Shown here: one piece after another, positions 41,811 to 50,209 of the stretch | Numbering within the stretch: the stretch's first letter is position 1 | Layout of the letters: each line of letters starts with the position of its first letter | Source of the DNA: Solirubrobacterales bacterium | GTDB taxonomy: Bacteria; Actinomycetota; Thermoleophilia; Solirubrobacterales; 70-9 | Direction of reading: 5' to 3' | DNA length: 58,127 nucleotides | Assembly (NCBI GenBank): GCA_049790835.1 | Contig: JBAQZI010000147.1 | Coordinates: 1-58,127, forward strand | The notes under the pieces: model-generated | Database searches by the model: none | Told to the model about the DNA's origin: nothing | Seen by the model: the letters and a program-made list of their open reading frames with translations, nothing else | Program-made: the position numbers and the translations under genes

Positions 41811-43025
41811 GTGGCAACCGCGACCAACGGCTCCAGCGTCATCAAGCCCGACCATGCAGCCGGGCGCAAGCACTTCATCTTCAGCCAGGAGCACGAAGAC
41901 CTGCGCGAGTCGATGGAGTCATGGGTGAAGAAGGAGCTGTGGCCCCACCGCAACGAGTGGGAGGACACCTACTGGCCGACCTCGGCAATGCAGCGGGCGG
42001 GCGAGCTCGGCTTCCTCGGCCTCTGCTTCCCGGAGGAGTACGGCGGCCAGGGCGGCGACTACTTCTACTCGCTGGTCCGCGCCGAGTGCATGAGCTACTC
42101 CGGCTCCGGCGGCACCAACATGGGCTTCGCCGTCCAGACCGACATGGTCCTGCCCCCGATCCACCTGCTCGGCACCGAGGAGCAGAAGGAGAAGTACCTC
42201 AAACCGGGCCTCAAGGGCGAGAAGATCGGCAGCCTCGGGATCACCGAGCCCGGCGCCGGCTCCGACGTCGCCGGCATCCGCACCACGGCGATCCGCGACG
42301 GCGACGAATACGTCATCAACGGCTCCAAGACCTTCATCACCAACGGCCCGCGGGCCGACTTCATCGTCCTCGTCTGCAAGACCGACCCCGACGAGCGCCA
42401 CGCCGGCATCACCCTCTTCGTCGTCGACCTGCGCGACGAGAAGGGCGAGACGGTCCCCGGCTTCACCGTCTCGGCCGAGCTGGAGAAGATGGGGATGCAC
42501 GCCTCCGACACCGGCGAGCTCGCCTTCGAAGACGTCCGCGTCCCGGCCAGCGCCGTGCTCGGCGAGGTCGGCAAAGGCTTCTACCACATCGCCTGGGAGC
42601 TCCAGGGCGAGCGCCTGGTCGCCGCCGCCGGCTCCCACGCCGGCTGCGAACGGATGATCGAGAAGACCCTCGAGTACGCCAAGGAGCGCGAAGCCTTCGG
42701 CCGCCCGATCGGCAAGTTCCAGGCGATCCGCCACAAGTTCGCCGAGATGGCGACCAAGACCGAGGCGGCGAAGCAGTTCACCTACGCGACCGCCTGGCGC
42801 TTCGGCAACGGCGAGTACCCGGTGCGCGAGATCACGATGGCCAAGCTCTTCGCCTCGCGGGTCGGCTGCGAGGTCGCCGACGAGTGCATCCAGATCCTCG
42901 GCGGCTACGGCTACATGAAGGAGTACGAGATCGAGCGCGCCTACCGCGACGTCCGCCTCAACCGCATCGGCGCCGGCACCGACGAGGTCATGCTCGACGT
43001 GATCGGCAAGAGCTACGGGCTCTAG
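41811..43025 (+). CDS. acyl-CoA dehydrogenase
   Basis: ACAD motifs GITEPGAGSD, TFITNG and IQILGGYGYMKEYEIERAYRD. GTG 41811 after GAGGAGAG is preferred to the track ATG 41748, which lies in the loop of the 15-nt inverted repeat. Confidence 0.85.
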   Translation: MATATNGSSVIKPDHAAGRKHFIFSQEHEDLRESMESWVKKELWPHRNEWEDTYWPTSAMQRAGELGFLGLCFPEEYGGQGGDYFYSLVRAECMSYSGSGGTNMGFAVQTDMVLPPIHLLGTEEQKEKYLKPGLKGEKIGSLGITEPGAGSDVAGIRTTAIRDGDEYVINGSKTFITNGPRADFIVLVCKTDPDERHAGITLFVVDLRDEKGETVPGFTVSAELEKMGMHASDTGELAFEDVRVPASAVLGEVGKGFYHIAWELQGERLVAAAGSHAGCERMIEKTLEYAKEREAFGRPIGKFQAIRHKFAEMATKTEAAKQFTYATAWRFGNGEYPVREITMAKLFASRVGCEVADECIQILGGYGYMKEYEIERAYRDVRLNRIGAGTDEVMLDVIGKSYGL

Positions 43026-44204
43026 TTGACGGTCGTCAAGGACAGCGGCGCGCGGGCGGTCCTCCCCCCCTTCGGCGATGAGCACGAGGAGCTGCGGGAG
43101 ACCGTCAGCCGCTTCGTCACGAAGGAGATCGCGCCGCACGTCGACGAGTGGGAGGAGGCGCGGGAATTCCCGCGTGAGCTCTACCGGCGCTGCGCCGAGC
43201 TCGGCTTCCTCGGGCTGAAGTTCCCGGAGGAGTACGGCGGCCAGGGCGGCACCCACCTGCACGACGCGATCTGGGTCGAAGAGCTGGCCCGCTCGGGTGG
43301 CTCCGGCGGCGTCGCCGCCGGGCTCAACGCCCACGCCTCGATCGCGATGCCGCCGATCTTCAATTTCGGCACCGAGGAGCAGAAGCAGCGCTGGCTGACT
43401 CCTGGCATCGCCGGCGAGAAGATCGGCGCCCTCGGCATCACCGAGCCCGGCGCCGGCTCCGACGTCGCCGGCATCACCACCACGGCAAAGCGGATCGACG
43501 GCGGCTACCTCGTCAACGGCGCCAAGACCTTCATCACCAACGGCGTCCGCGCCGACTTCCTCGTCTGCGCCTGCAAGACGACCCAGGAGGGCGGCCACGG
43601 CGGCATCTCCTTCCTCGTCCTCGAGCGCGAGATGCCCGGCTACGAGGTGGCCGCGAAGCTGGAGAAGATGGGCTGGCACTCCTCCGACACGGGTGAGCTC
43701 GCCTTCACCGACGTCGAGGTGCCCGCCGCGAACCTGCTGGGCGAGGAGAACGGCGGCTTCAAGCTGATCATGGCCAACTTCGCCTGGGAGCGGCTGCTGA
43801 TGGCGATCGGCGCCGTCGGCGGCATGCGGCGCCTGATCGAGACCACCGTCGCCTACGCCAAGGAGCGCGAAGCCTTCGGCCGCCCGATCGGCAGGTTCCA
43901 GGCGATCCGCCACCACGTCGCCGAGATGGCGGTCAAGGCCGAGACCTCCCGCGCCCTCACCTACAACGCCCTGCGCCTCTTCCACAGCGGTCAGGAGTGC
44001 ATCCGCGACGTCAGCATGGCCAAGCTCGTCACCCAGCGCTCCCTGCTCGAGATCGCCGACGCCTCCCTGCAGATCCACGGCGGCTACGGCTACATGCGCG
44101 AGTACGGCATCGAGCGTGCCGTCCGCGACGCCCGCCTCGGCCCGATCGGCGGCGGCACCGACGAGGTGATGAAGGAGATCCTCGGCAAGCAGATGGGGCT
44201 CTGA
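43026..44204 (+). CDS. acyl-CoA dehydrogenase (second paralogue)
   Basis: GITEPGAGSDVAG, TFITNG and LQIHGGYGYMREYGIERAVRD. TTG start directly after the upstream stop. Confidence 0.85.
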   Translation: MTVVKDSGARAVLPPFGDEHEELRETVSRFVTKEIAPHVDEWEEAREFPRELYRRCAELGFLGLKFPEEYGGQGGTHLHDAIWVEELARSGGSGGVAAGLNAHASIAMPPIFNFGTEEQKQRWLTPGIAGEKIGALGITEPGAGSDVAGITTTAKRIDGGYLVNGAKTFITNGVRADFLVCACKTTQEGGHGGISFLVLEREMPGYEVAAKLEKMGWHSSDTGELAFTDVEVPAANLLGEENGGFKLIMANFAWERLLMAIGAVGGMRRLIETTVAYAKEREAFGRPIGRFQAIRHHVAEMAVKAETSRALTYNALRLFHSGQECIRDVSMAKLVTQRSLLEIADASLQIHGGYGYMREYGIERAVRDARLGPIGGGTDEVMKEILGKQMGL

Positions 44205-44219
44205 GCAGCCCCGAGGGGC

Positions 44220-44939
44220 TCAGCGCCGCGGCCCGGCCTCGCAGGTGTGGGAGTAGCCCCACCCCGGCCCACCATCGCAGTAGTCGAAGCCTCCGCCGCC
44301 GTAGAGCTGATCGGGATCGTGCTCGCCGAAGAGACGGTCGTTGCCGGCGTCGCCGTGACAGCCGTCCTGGCCGGGGCCCATGAAGCAGACGTCATCGCCA
44401 GGGCCGCCCCAGCAGCCGTCGCTACCCGTGCTCGTCCGGCAGTAGTCGTCACCCGGGCCGCCGACGCAGTCGCTGTTGCGGGAGCCGGTGATGCAGACGT
44501 CGTCACCGCCTCCGCCGATGCAGCGGTTGCGGCGCGCGCCCTCGGGGAAGCAGACGTCCTTCTCGGCATTGCCGATGAACTTGTCTTCGCCGTCGCCGAG
44601 GTGAACGGTGAGCGCGAACGGCATTGGGTCGAGCACCTCGACGAGGTCATTGCCGTCCCCCATGTCGATCTCGATCCCGCCGACGCCGGCGATCGGGCAG
44701 ACGGCGACATGGCGGCCGACGGTGAAGCGACAGCCCTGCGGCGAGGCCGAGGCCATCGTCCCCTTGACGACGATCCCGCTGCCGCTCTCGCTCTTGCTCA
44801 CCTTCAGGTGCGCGCCGGAGGCGGTGCCGAAGATGACGATCCGCTCCGCGGGCGAGGCGACGCTGGGCAGCGACAGCAGCCCGACTACGCTCAGGAGCGC
44901 TATGAGCAGTCTGTGAGTTTTATTAGGGCGTGGAAACAA
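44220..44939 (-). CDS. secreted Cys-rich protein with RTX-like GG-x-G-x-D-x-C repeats
   Basis: Signal peptide, then GGGGDDVCI, GGPGDDYCR, GGPGDDVCF, GPGQDGCHG, DAGNDRLFG and GGGGFDYCDGGPG. Confidence 0.6.
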   Translation of the reverse strand: MFPRPNKTHRLLIALLSVVGLLSLPSVASPAERIVIFGTASGAHLKVSKSESGSGIVVKGTMASASPQGCRFTVGRHVAVCPIAGVGGIEIDMGDGNDLVEVLDPMPFALTVHLGDGEDKFIGNAEKDVCFPEGARRNRCIGGGGDDVCITGSRNSDCVGGPGDDYCRTSTGSDGCWGGPGDDVCFMGPGQDGCHGDAGNDRLFGEHDPDQLYGGGGFDYCDGGPGWGYSHTCEAGPRR

Positions 44940-45034
44940 CAGCGGCGCATCCTAGGGACTGGGAGAAGCCCGCACGCCGTCTTTAAGAGATCCTTATCCC
45001 AAAAGCCGGAAATAGCGGGGCGTAGGATCGGGGC

Positions 45035-45466
45035 ATGATCTATTTGCTCCGGCACGGAGACGCCGATGCTGGGGATGGCGACGACGCCGCGCGGCAGCTG
45101 ACGCCGAAGGGGGAGCGCCAGGCGCGCGCGGCGGGCAAGGCGCTCTTCGCCCTCCAAGCCGAAATCGAGTCCTGCCTCAGCAGCCCCAAGCTGCGGGCGG
45201 CGGAAACGGCGGGGCTCGCGTGCGAGCCGCTGGGGATCGAGCCGGACACCGTCAGCGAGCTGCGTGGCGGCGACTTCGACGCGCCGGCGCTGGCCGCGGG
45301 GCGCGGCAGCATCCTCCTCGTCGGCCACGAGCCCGACTTCTCCAACGAGGTCGCCCGACTCACCGGGGCCAGGGCCAAGCTGCGCAAGGGTGGGGTGGCG
45401 ATCGTCGACGGCTCAACGCTGCTGGCGCTGCTCCGGCCGGCCGATCTGGCGGCAATCGCCCGCTAG
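45035..45466 (+). CDS. histidine phosphatase superfamily protein (SixA-like phosphohistidine phosphatase)
   Basis: N-terminal MIYLLRHGDA (RHG motif), LTPKGERQA and LVGHEP. Confidence 0.7.
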   Translation: MIYLLRHGDADAGDGDDAARQLTPKGERQARAAGKALFALQAEIESCLSSPKLRAAETAGLACEPLGIEPDTVSELRGGDFDAPALAAGRGSILLVGHEPDFSNEVARLTGARAKLRKGGVAIVDGSTLLALLRPADLAAIAR

Positions 45467-45499
45467 GTTCTGCTCGACCAACGAGCGGAGGAGGCAGCG

Positions 45500-45922
45500 A
45501 TGCTGTCGTGGCTGGGCAAGAAGATGATCGCCCGCAACATGAAAGCGGCGAGCGCCGGGAACATCGCGCCGACGCTGAAATTGGACGCCGAGGACGTCAG
45601 GTTCCGCTTCCCCGGCGACAGCTCCTGGGCGACCGAGCTGCAGGGCAAGGAGAAGCTCGAGCAGTGGCTGCGGCGCTTCGCCGACGCCGGCATCCAGATC
45701 AGCCCGGACGAGGTCGTGCTCAAGGGCTTGCCCTGGAAGCAGACGATCTGCATTCGCGGCACCGACCACCTCGACTCGCCCACGGGGGAGCGGGTCTACG
45801 AGAATCGCTACGTGATCTGGGGCCACATCTCCTGGGGCCTGCTGCGCGACTACGAGGTCTACGAGGACACGCAGAAGAGCAAGGCGCTGGACGAGTACCT
45901 CGCCAGCGTCGGCAAGATCTGA
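45500..45922 (+). CDS. NTF2/SnoaL-like fold protein
   Basis: 140 aa with the size and pattern of the SnoaL-like family (DVRFRFPGD...YENRYVIWG). Weak. Confidence 0.45.
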   Translation: MLSWLGKKMIARNMKAASAGNIAPTLKLDAEDVRFRFPGDSSWATELQGKEKLEQWLRRFADAGIQISPDEVVLKGLPWKQTICIRGTDHLDSPTGERVYENRYVIWGHISWGLLRDYEVYEDTQKSKALDEYLASVGKI

Positions 45923-46020
45923 TCTCGTCGCTGGATCGGCGGCCAGGGCGGGTCTAAGATCGATTGATCGGCCCCCGTGCCGGACCCCCGGCCGGGAAGC
46001 CCAGACGAGAGGAGAGCCAG

Positions 46021-46323
46021 ATGCTCTGCGCACTGACCGTACGCAAGCTGAAACCGGGCGCGATGGAGGACTTCAAACGGGCCTTCGTCCCGCCGGAGGG
46101 CCAGGCGCCGCCGCCGGGATGGAAACGCTTCTATGCCCTGCGTGGCGTCGCCGACGAGAACGAAGTCATCACCTTCGGCTTCTTCGACGGCACCGTGGAG
46201 GAGATGCGCGCCAACAAAGACGACAACGAATACGACCAGCGCCGCGCGGCCGCCGACGAGTTCGTCGAATCGGTCGGGACCGACGGCGTCTTCGAGGTGG
46301 TCGAAGAACGATCAATGGAATAG
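46021..46323 (+). CDS. hypothetical small protein (possibly ferredoxin-like/ABM fold)
   Basis: ATG 46021 after GAGAGGAG. 100 aa. No confident family. Confidence 0.45.
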   Translation: MLCALTVRKLKPGAMEDFKRAFVPPEGQAPPPGWKRFYALRGVADENEVITFGFFDGTVEEMRANKDDNEYDQRRAAADEFVESVGTDGVFEVVEERSME

Positions 46324-46326
46324 CGG

Positions 46327-46488
46327 TTACGTCAGCAGCGCGATCACGCCACGGAGGACGAGCAGCGCCCCGATCGTCGCGGCCAGGATGGCCCCCGCCT
46401 TGCGCCCGTTGCGGCCGAGCCAGGCGCGGAAGCGCGTGGCCCGGTCCTGGGTCTGCTCCGGGGCGAGATCGCTCACGCCGCCATTCAT
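46327..46488 (-). CDS. possible 53-aa membrane peptide
   Basis: Own translation: MNGGVSDLAPEQTQDRATRFRAWLGRNGRKAGAILAATIGALLVLRGVIALLT. It fills an otherwise empty gap and is below the track size limit. Confidence 0.3.
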   Translation of the reverse strand: MNGGVSDLAPEQTQDRATRFRAWLGRNGRKAGAILAATIGALLVLRGVIALLT

Positions 46489-46505
46489 ATTGGAAGAATC
46501 AGCCT

Positions 46506-46925
46506 ATGAAGCAGCGCGTCAGCCTGATTACCCTCGGCGTCTCCGATCTGGAGCGCGCCCGCGGCTTCTACGAAGCGCTGGGCTGGACGACCGGCGCCGA
46601 GCCCGGCGACGACGTCGTCTTCTTTCAAGCCGGCGACATGGTGCTTGCCCTCTGGGACCGGGCGCGGCTGGCCGAGGACAGCTGCGTTGAGGATTCGCCG
46701 GGCTGGGGAGGCGTGACCTTGGCGCTCAACTTCGGCTCTCCGGCGGAGGTCGACGCTGCGATCGAGGAAGCCCGCGCGGCCGGCGCCACGATCGGCCGCG
46801 AGCCGGCCGAGACCTTCTGGGGCGGCTACAGCGGCGTCTTCGTCGATCCCGACGGCCACCCCTGGGAGGTCGCCCACAATCCTCACTGGCGAATCACCGA
46901 GGACGGCGGCCTCAAGCTCAACTGA
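46506..46925 (+). CDS. VOC/glyoxalase-family protein
   Basis: VSLITLGVSDLERARGFYEALGW and FVDPDGHPWEVAHNP. Confidence 0.8.
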   Translation: MKQRVSLITLGVSDLERARGFYEALGWTTGAEPGDDVVFFQAGDMVLALWDRARLAEDSCVEDSPGWGGVTLALNFGSPAEVDAAIEEARAAGATIGREPAETFWGGYSGVFVDPDGHPWEVAHNPHWRITEDGGLKLN

Positions 46926-47017
46926 GCGTCTCCGCAAAAACTGGCCAGTCAACCAGTACGCGGCCTATCCCTGTAGCCTCCGGCGCCGACTTCACGAACT
47001 AAAGGAGACGCAGACTG

Positions 47018-47848
47018 ATGGGACTTCTCGATGGGAAAGCGGCGATCGTCACGGGTTCCGCGCGGGGTATCGGGCGGGCGACCGCCGAGCTGTTCGCGGC
47101 CGAGGGCGCCAAGGTCCTGATCAACGATCTCGACGCCGACGTCGCCGAGCAGACCGCCGGTGAAATCGACGGCGAGACCGCTGTCTTCGCCGGCGACCTG
47201 ACCAAGACCGGCGCCGGCGACGAGCTCGTCGCCGCGGCCGTCGATGCCTTCGGCGCGGTCGACATCTGCGTCAACAACGCCGGCTACACCTGGGACGGCG
47301 TCGCCCACAAGATGAGCGACGAGCAGTTCCAGGCGATGCTCGACATCCACACCGTCGTCCCCTTCCGCGTCGCCCGAGCGCTCGCCCCCCACTGGCGCGA
47401 GGCTGCCAAGGCCGAGCGCGGCGAAGGCAAAGAGGTCTTCCGCAAGCTGATCAACATCTCCTCGACCTCGGGGACGATGGGCAACGCCGGCCAGGTCAAC
47501 TACTCGGCCGCCAAGATGGGCGTCGTCGGCGTCACCAAAACCCTCGCCAAGGAGTGGGGTCAGTTCAAGATCAACGTCAACGCGGTCGCCTTCGGCTTCG
47601 TCGACACCCGCCTCACCGCCGCCAAAGAGGAGGGCGGCGAGATGACCGCTCCCGGTGGCGAGAAGATCGAGCTCGGCATCCCCGAGCAGATGCGGGCGAT
47701 GGCCTCGGCGATCATCCCGGTCGGCCGCCCCGCCTCGCCCGAGGAGGCGTCCGGCCCGGTCCTCTTCCTCGCTTCGCCGCTGGCCAACTACGTGCACGGC
47801 CAGGTGCTCAACGTGACCGGCGGCATGTTCGGCGGGATGTACACCTGA
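47018..47848 (+). CDS. SDR-family oxidoreductase (FabG-like)
   Basis: TGSARGIG, NNAG and the S...YSAAK catalytic tetrad. Confidence 0.85.
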   Translation: MGLLDGKAAIVTGSARGIGRATAELFAAEGAKVLINDLDADVAEQTAGEIDGETAVFAGDLTKTGAGDELVAAAVDAFGAVDICVNNAGYTWDGVAHKMSDEQFQAMLDIHTVVPFRVARALAPHWREAAKAERGEGKEVFRKLINISSTSGTMGNAGQVNYSAAKMGVVGVTKTLAKEWGQFKINVNAVAFGFVDTRLTAAKEEGGEMTAPGGEKIELGIPEQMRAMASAIIPVGRPASPEEASGPVLFLASPLANYVHGQVLNVTGGMFGGMYT

Positions 47849-47849
47849 G

Positions 47850-48332
47850 ATGAGCAGCGCGAGGGAGAGCAGGCGCACCCCCCGCTACCTCGATGTGGCG
47901 GACAAGATCTGGCCCGCCACCCGTCGCTTCATGGGTGCCCACACGTTCCTCTACCAGAGGACGGGTGGGCGCCTCGGCCACACGATTCCCGGCGTGCCCG
48001 GCAAGATGCTCCTGCTCGACCACGTCGGCGCCAAGAGCGGCGTCAAGCGCACCTCGCCGCTGCTCTATATAAAGGACGGCGAGGACCTCGTCATCGTCGC
48101 CTCCAAAGGCGGCTTCCCCAAGAACCCGGCCTGGTTCCACAACCTCGTCGCCAATCCCGACACCACGGTGCAGGTCGGCTCCGAGCACCTGCCGGTCCAC
48201 GCCCGTGTCGCCAAACCGGAGGAGCGCGACCGGCTCTGGGCGATGGCGGTCAAGGCCTACCACGGCTACGAGGACTACGCGGTGCGCAGCAAAGGCCGCG
48301 AGATCCCACTGGTCGTACTCGAGCCACGCTGA
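47850..48332 (+). CDS. F420-dependent (deazaflavin) nitroreductase family protein (Ddn-like)
   Basis: LLLDHVGAKSGVKRTSPL, VASKGGFPKNPAWFHNL and REIPLVVLEP. Confidence 0.8.
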   Translation: MSSARESRRTPRYLDVADKIWPATRRFMGAHTFLYQRTGGRLGHTIPGVPGKMLLLDHVGAKSGVKRTSPLLYIKDGEDLVIVASKGGFPKNPAWFHNLVANPDTTVQVGSEHLPVHARVAKPEERDRLWAMAVKAYHGYEDYAVRSKGREIPLVVLEPR

Positions 48333-48339
48333 CCACCCC

Positions 48340-48389
48340 GCCGATGGGGCCTCAAACGTCCACGATTTGGACGTTTGAGGCCCATCGGC
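48340..48389. terminator. 50-nt bidirectional hairpin between convergent genes; its outer arms are related to the 51-nt repeat family
   Basis: GCCGATGGGGCCTCAAACGTCCA-cgatt-TGGACGTTTGAGGCCCATCGGC. The stem is about 22 bp with one bulge. It lies 8 nt after stop 48332 and 7 nt before stop 48396. Confidence 0.75.
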
Positions 48390-48395
48390 CTACGG

Positions 48396-49250
48396 TTACT
48401 TCGGGCGGCGCTCCTCGGCGACCGGGGTGCCCTCGGCGTTGGCGATCGCTTCCGGCGGCCAGGGGCCGGCCCAGTTGTCGCGGGCGCCGTCGATCGTGAT
48501 CGTCGTGCCGGAGTAGAAGTCGCCGGCGGGCGAGGCAAGGTAGGCGACCAGCCAGGCCATCTCCTCGGGCCGGCCGGCGCGGCCGACCGGGATCGAGCGC
48601 TCGAGGTTGTCGACGACGACCTGTGGATACTTGGTCAGCAGCGTCTCGGTCGCGAACTGGCCGGCGGCGAGGGCGACGGTCTTGACCCCGAAGCGCGACC
48701 ACTCGATCGCCAGCGTTCGCATCATGTTCTCGACCGCGGCCCGGGCGGCGCCGGAGTGGACCATGCCCGGCATCCCGTTGTGGGGGGAGAGGGTGACGCT
48801 CAGCACCTTGCCGCCCCCCTGCGGGATGAAGGCCTTGGTCGCGGCGGCGTGCGTCATCAGCCAGGTGCCCTGGACGTTGAGGTCGATCACGGTGCGGAAG
48901 CCTTTGGGAGTGATCGCCTCAGCCGGGCTGAGGAACTGCCCGCCGGCGTTGTTGACGAGCACGTCGAGGCGCCCGTGACGCTCCAGCAGCGCATCGAAGA
49001 AGCGGCCGACCGGCTCCTCCTCGCGGATGTCGAGGATCTCGTGCTCGAAGCTGCCGGCCATCCCGGCGGCCCGCCCTGCCGTCTCCGCCAGCGGCTCCTC
49101 GCGCCGGCCGCAGGCAACCACGGTTGCGCCGAGCCGGACCAGCTCCAGCGCCGTCTCCCGCCCCAGGCCACTGCCGGCGCCGGAGACGACACAGACCCGG
49201 CCGTCGAGCAAGCCGTCCCGGAACACCTGCGAATGCGAGCTTTCAGCCAT
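48396..49250 (-). CDS. SDR-family oxidoreductase (enoyl/dienoyl-CoA reductase-like)
   Basis: VSGAGSGLG and NNAGG. Catalytic region of peroxisomal trans-2-enoyl-CoA reductase-like SDRs. Confidence 0.75.
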   Translation of the reverse strand: MAESSHSQVFRDGLLDGRVCVVSGAGSGLGRETALELVRLGATVVACGRREEPLAETAGRAAGMAGSFEHEILDIREEEPVGRFFDALLERHGRLDVLVNNAGGQFLSPAEAITPKGFRTVIDLNVQGTWLMTHAAATKAFIPQGGGKVLSVTLSPHNGMPGMVHSGAARAAVENMMRTLAIEWSRFGVKTVALAAGQFATETLLTKYPQVVVDNLERSIPVGRAGRPEEMAWLVAYLASPAGDFYSGTTITIDGARDNWAGPWPPEAIANAEGTPVAEERRPK

Positions 49251-49285
49251 CGGCGCGCAAGCCTATAGGCGAGCGGTTCTGCGTA

Positions 49286-50209
49286 ATGTCACCCGCGATG
49301 AAGGTTCAGGTGGAGGCACGGCCCCTGCACGAGCCGCTCGCCGGGGGTACCCCGGGGGCGACTGTCGTCGTCGAACCGATGATCTCCGGCCACAGCGATT
49401 TCCCGGTGCCGATGATGGAGAGCCCGGGCGGGCGCTTCCTCACCATGAAGCTGCTGCGCGCATTGCTCAGCGGCAAACCGGCGCGGACGATCCCGATTCC
49501 CGCCTTCCTCATCCGCCACCCCAGCGCCGGTGCCATCCTGGTCGACACCGGCCTGCACCCGTCGATCGCCACCGATGGCCGCGAGAACTTCGGCCGGCTG
49601 GGCGAGCGCTTCGGCAAACCGCAGCTGCAGGTCGGCGAAGACGTCCCGGCGCAGCTGCGCAAGCGCGGCCTCGATCCAGGTGAGATCCCGGTCGTCGTGA
49701 TGACCCATATGCACAGCGATCACACCTCGGCGATCTCGGAGTTCTCGAAGTCGACCTTCGTCGTCAGCGAGACCGAGTGGAAGGCGGCCGCGACCGGGTC
49801 GCGCCCCACCCTCAACGGCTACAGGCGCCAGCACTTCGACTACGCCTTCGACTACCGCACCGTCGACTTCGACCGCGCCGGAATCGATTCCTACGCCAGC
49901 TTCGGCCGCACCTTCGACCTCTTCGGCGACGGCTCGATCCACCTCGCCTTCACCCCCGGCCACAGTGCCGGCCACATGTCGGTGATCTGCCGGCTCGAGC
50001 AGGACGACTTCGTGATCGGCGGCGACGCGATGTACGTGCTGGCCCAGTTGACCGGGGATGCGCCGCTGCCGCCACGGCCCTTCGACGCCCACAACTTTCG
50101 CCGCTCACTGCAGGAGCTGCGGCTCTTCCGCTCTCAGTTCCCCAACGCCACGATCACGCCGGGGCACGATCCCGAGTTCTACGCCCGCCTCGCTGCTCGC
50201 TACGAGTAG
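49286..50209 (+). CDS. MBL-fold metallo-hydrolase (lactonase-like)
   Basis: THMHSDH motif and TPGHSAGH. Start is ATG 49286 (or 49298). Confidence 0.8.
   Translation: MSPAMKVQVEARPLHEPLAGGTPGATVVVEPMISGHSDFPVPMMESPGGRFLTMKLLRALLSGKPARTIPIPAFLIRHPSAGAILVDTGLHPSIATDGRENFGRLGERFGKPQLQVGEDVPAQLRKRGLDPGEIPVVVMTHMHSDHTSAISEFSKSTFVVSETEWKAAATGSRPTLNGYRRQHFDYAFDYRTVDFDRAGIDSYASFGRTFDLFGDGSIHLAFTPGHSAGHMSVICRLEQDDFVIGGDAMYVLAQLTGDAPLPPRPFDAHNFRRSLQELRLFRSQFPNATITPGHDPEFYARLAARYE

Noticed and set aside
46940-46953. Palindrome ACTGGCCAGT upstream of the SDR gene, whose TGGCCAGTCAAC resembles TGACCAGTCAAT of the candidate TetR operator at 32731 (10 of 12 nt).
   Set aside because: The similarity is short and there is no supporting context. 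It could be a second site for the same TetR, but this is too speculative to report as a feature.
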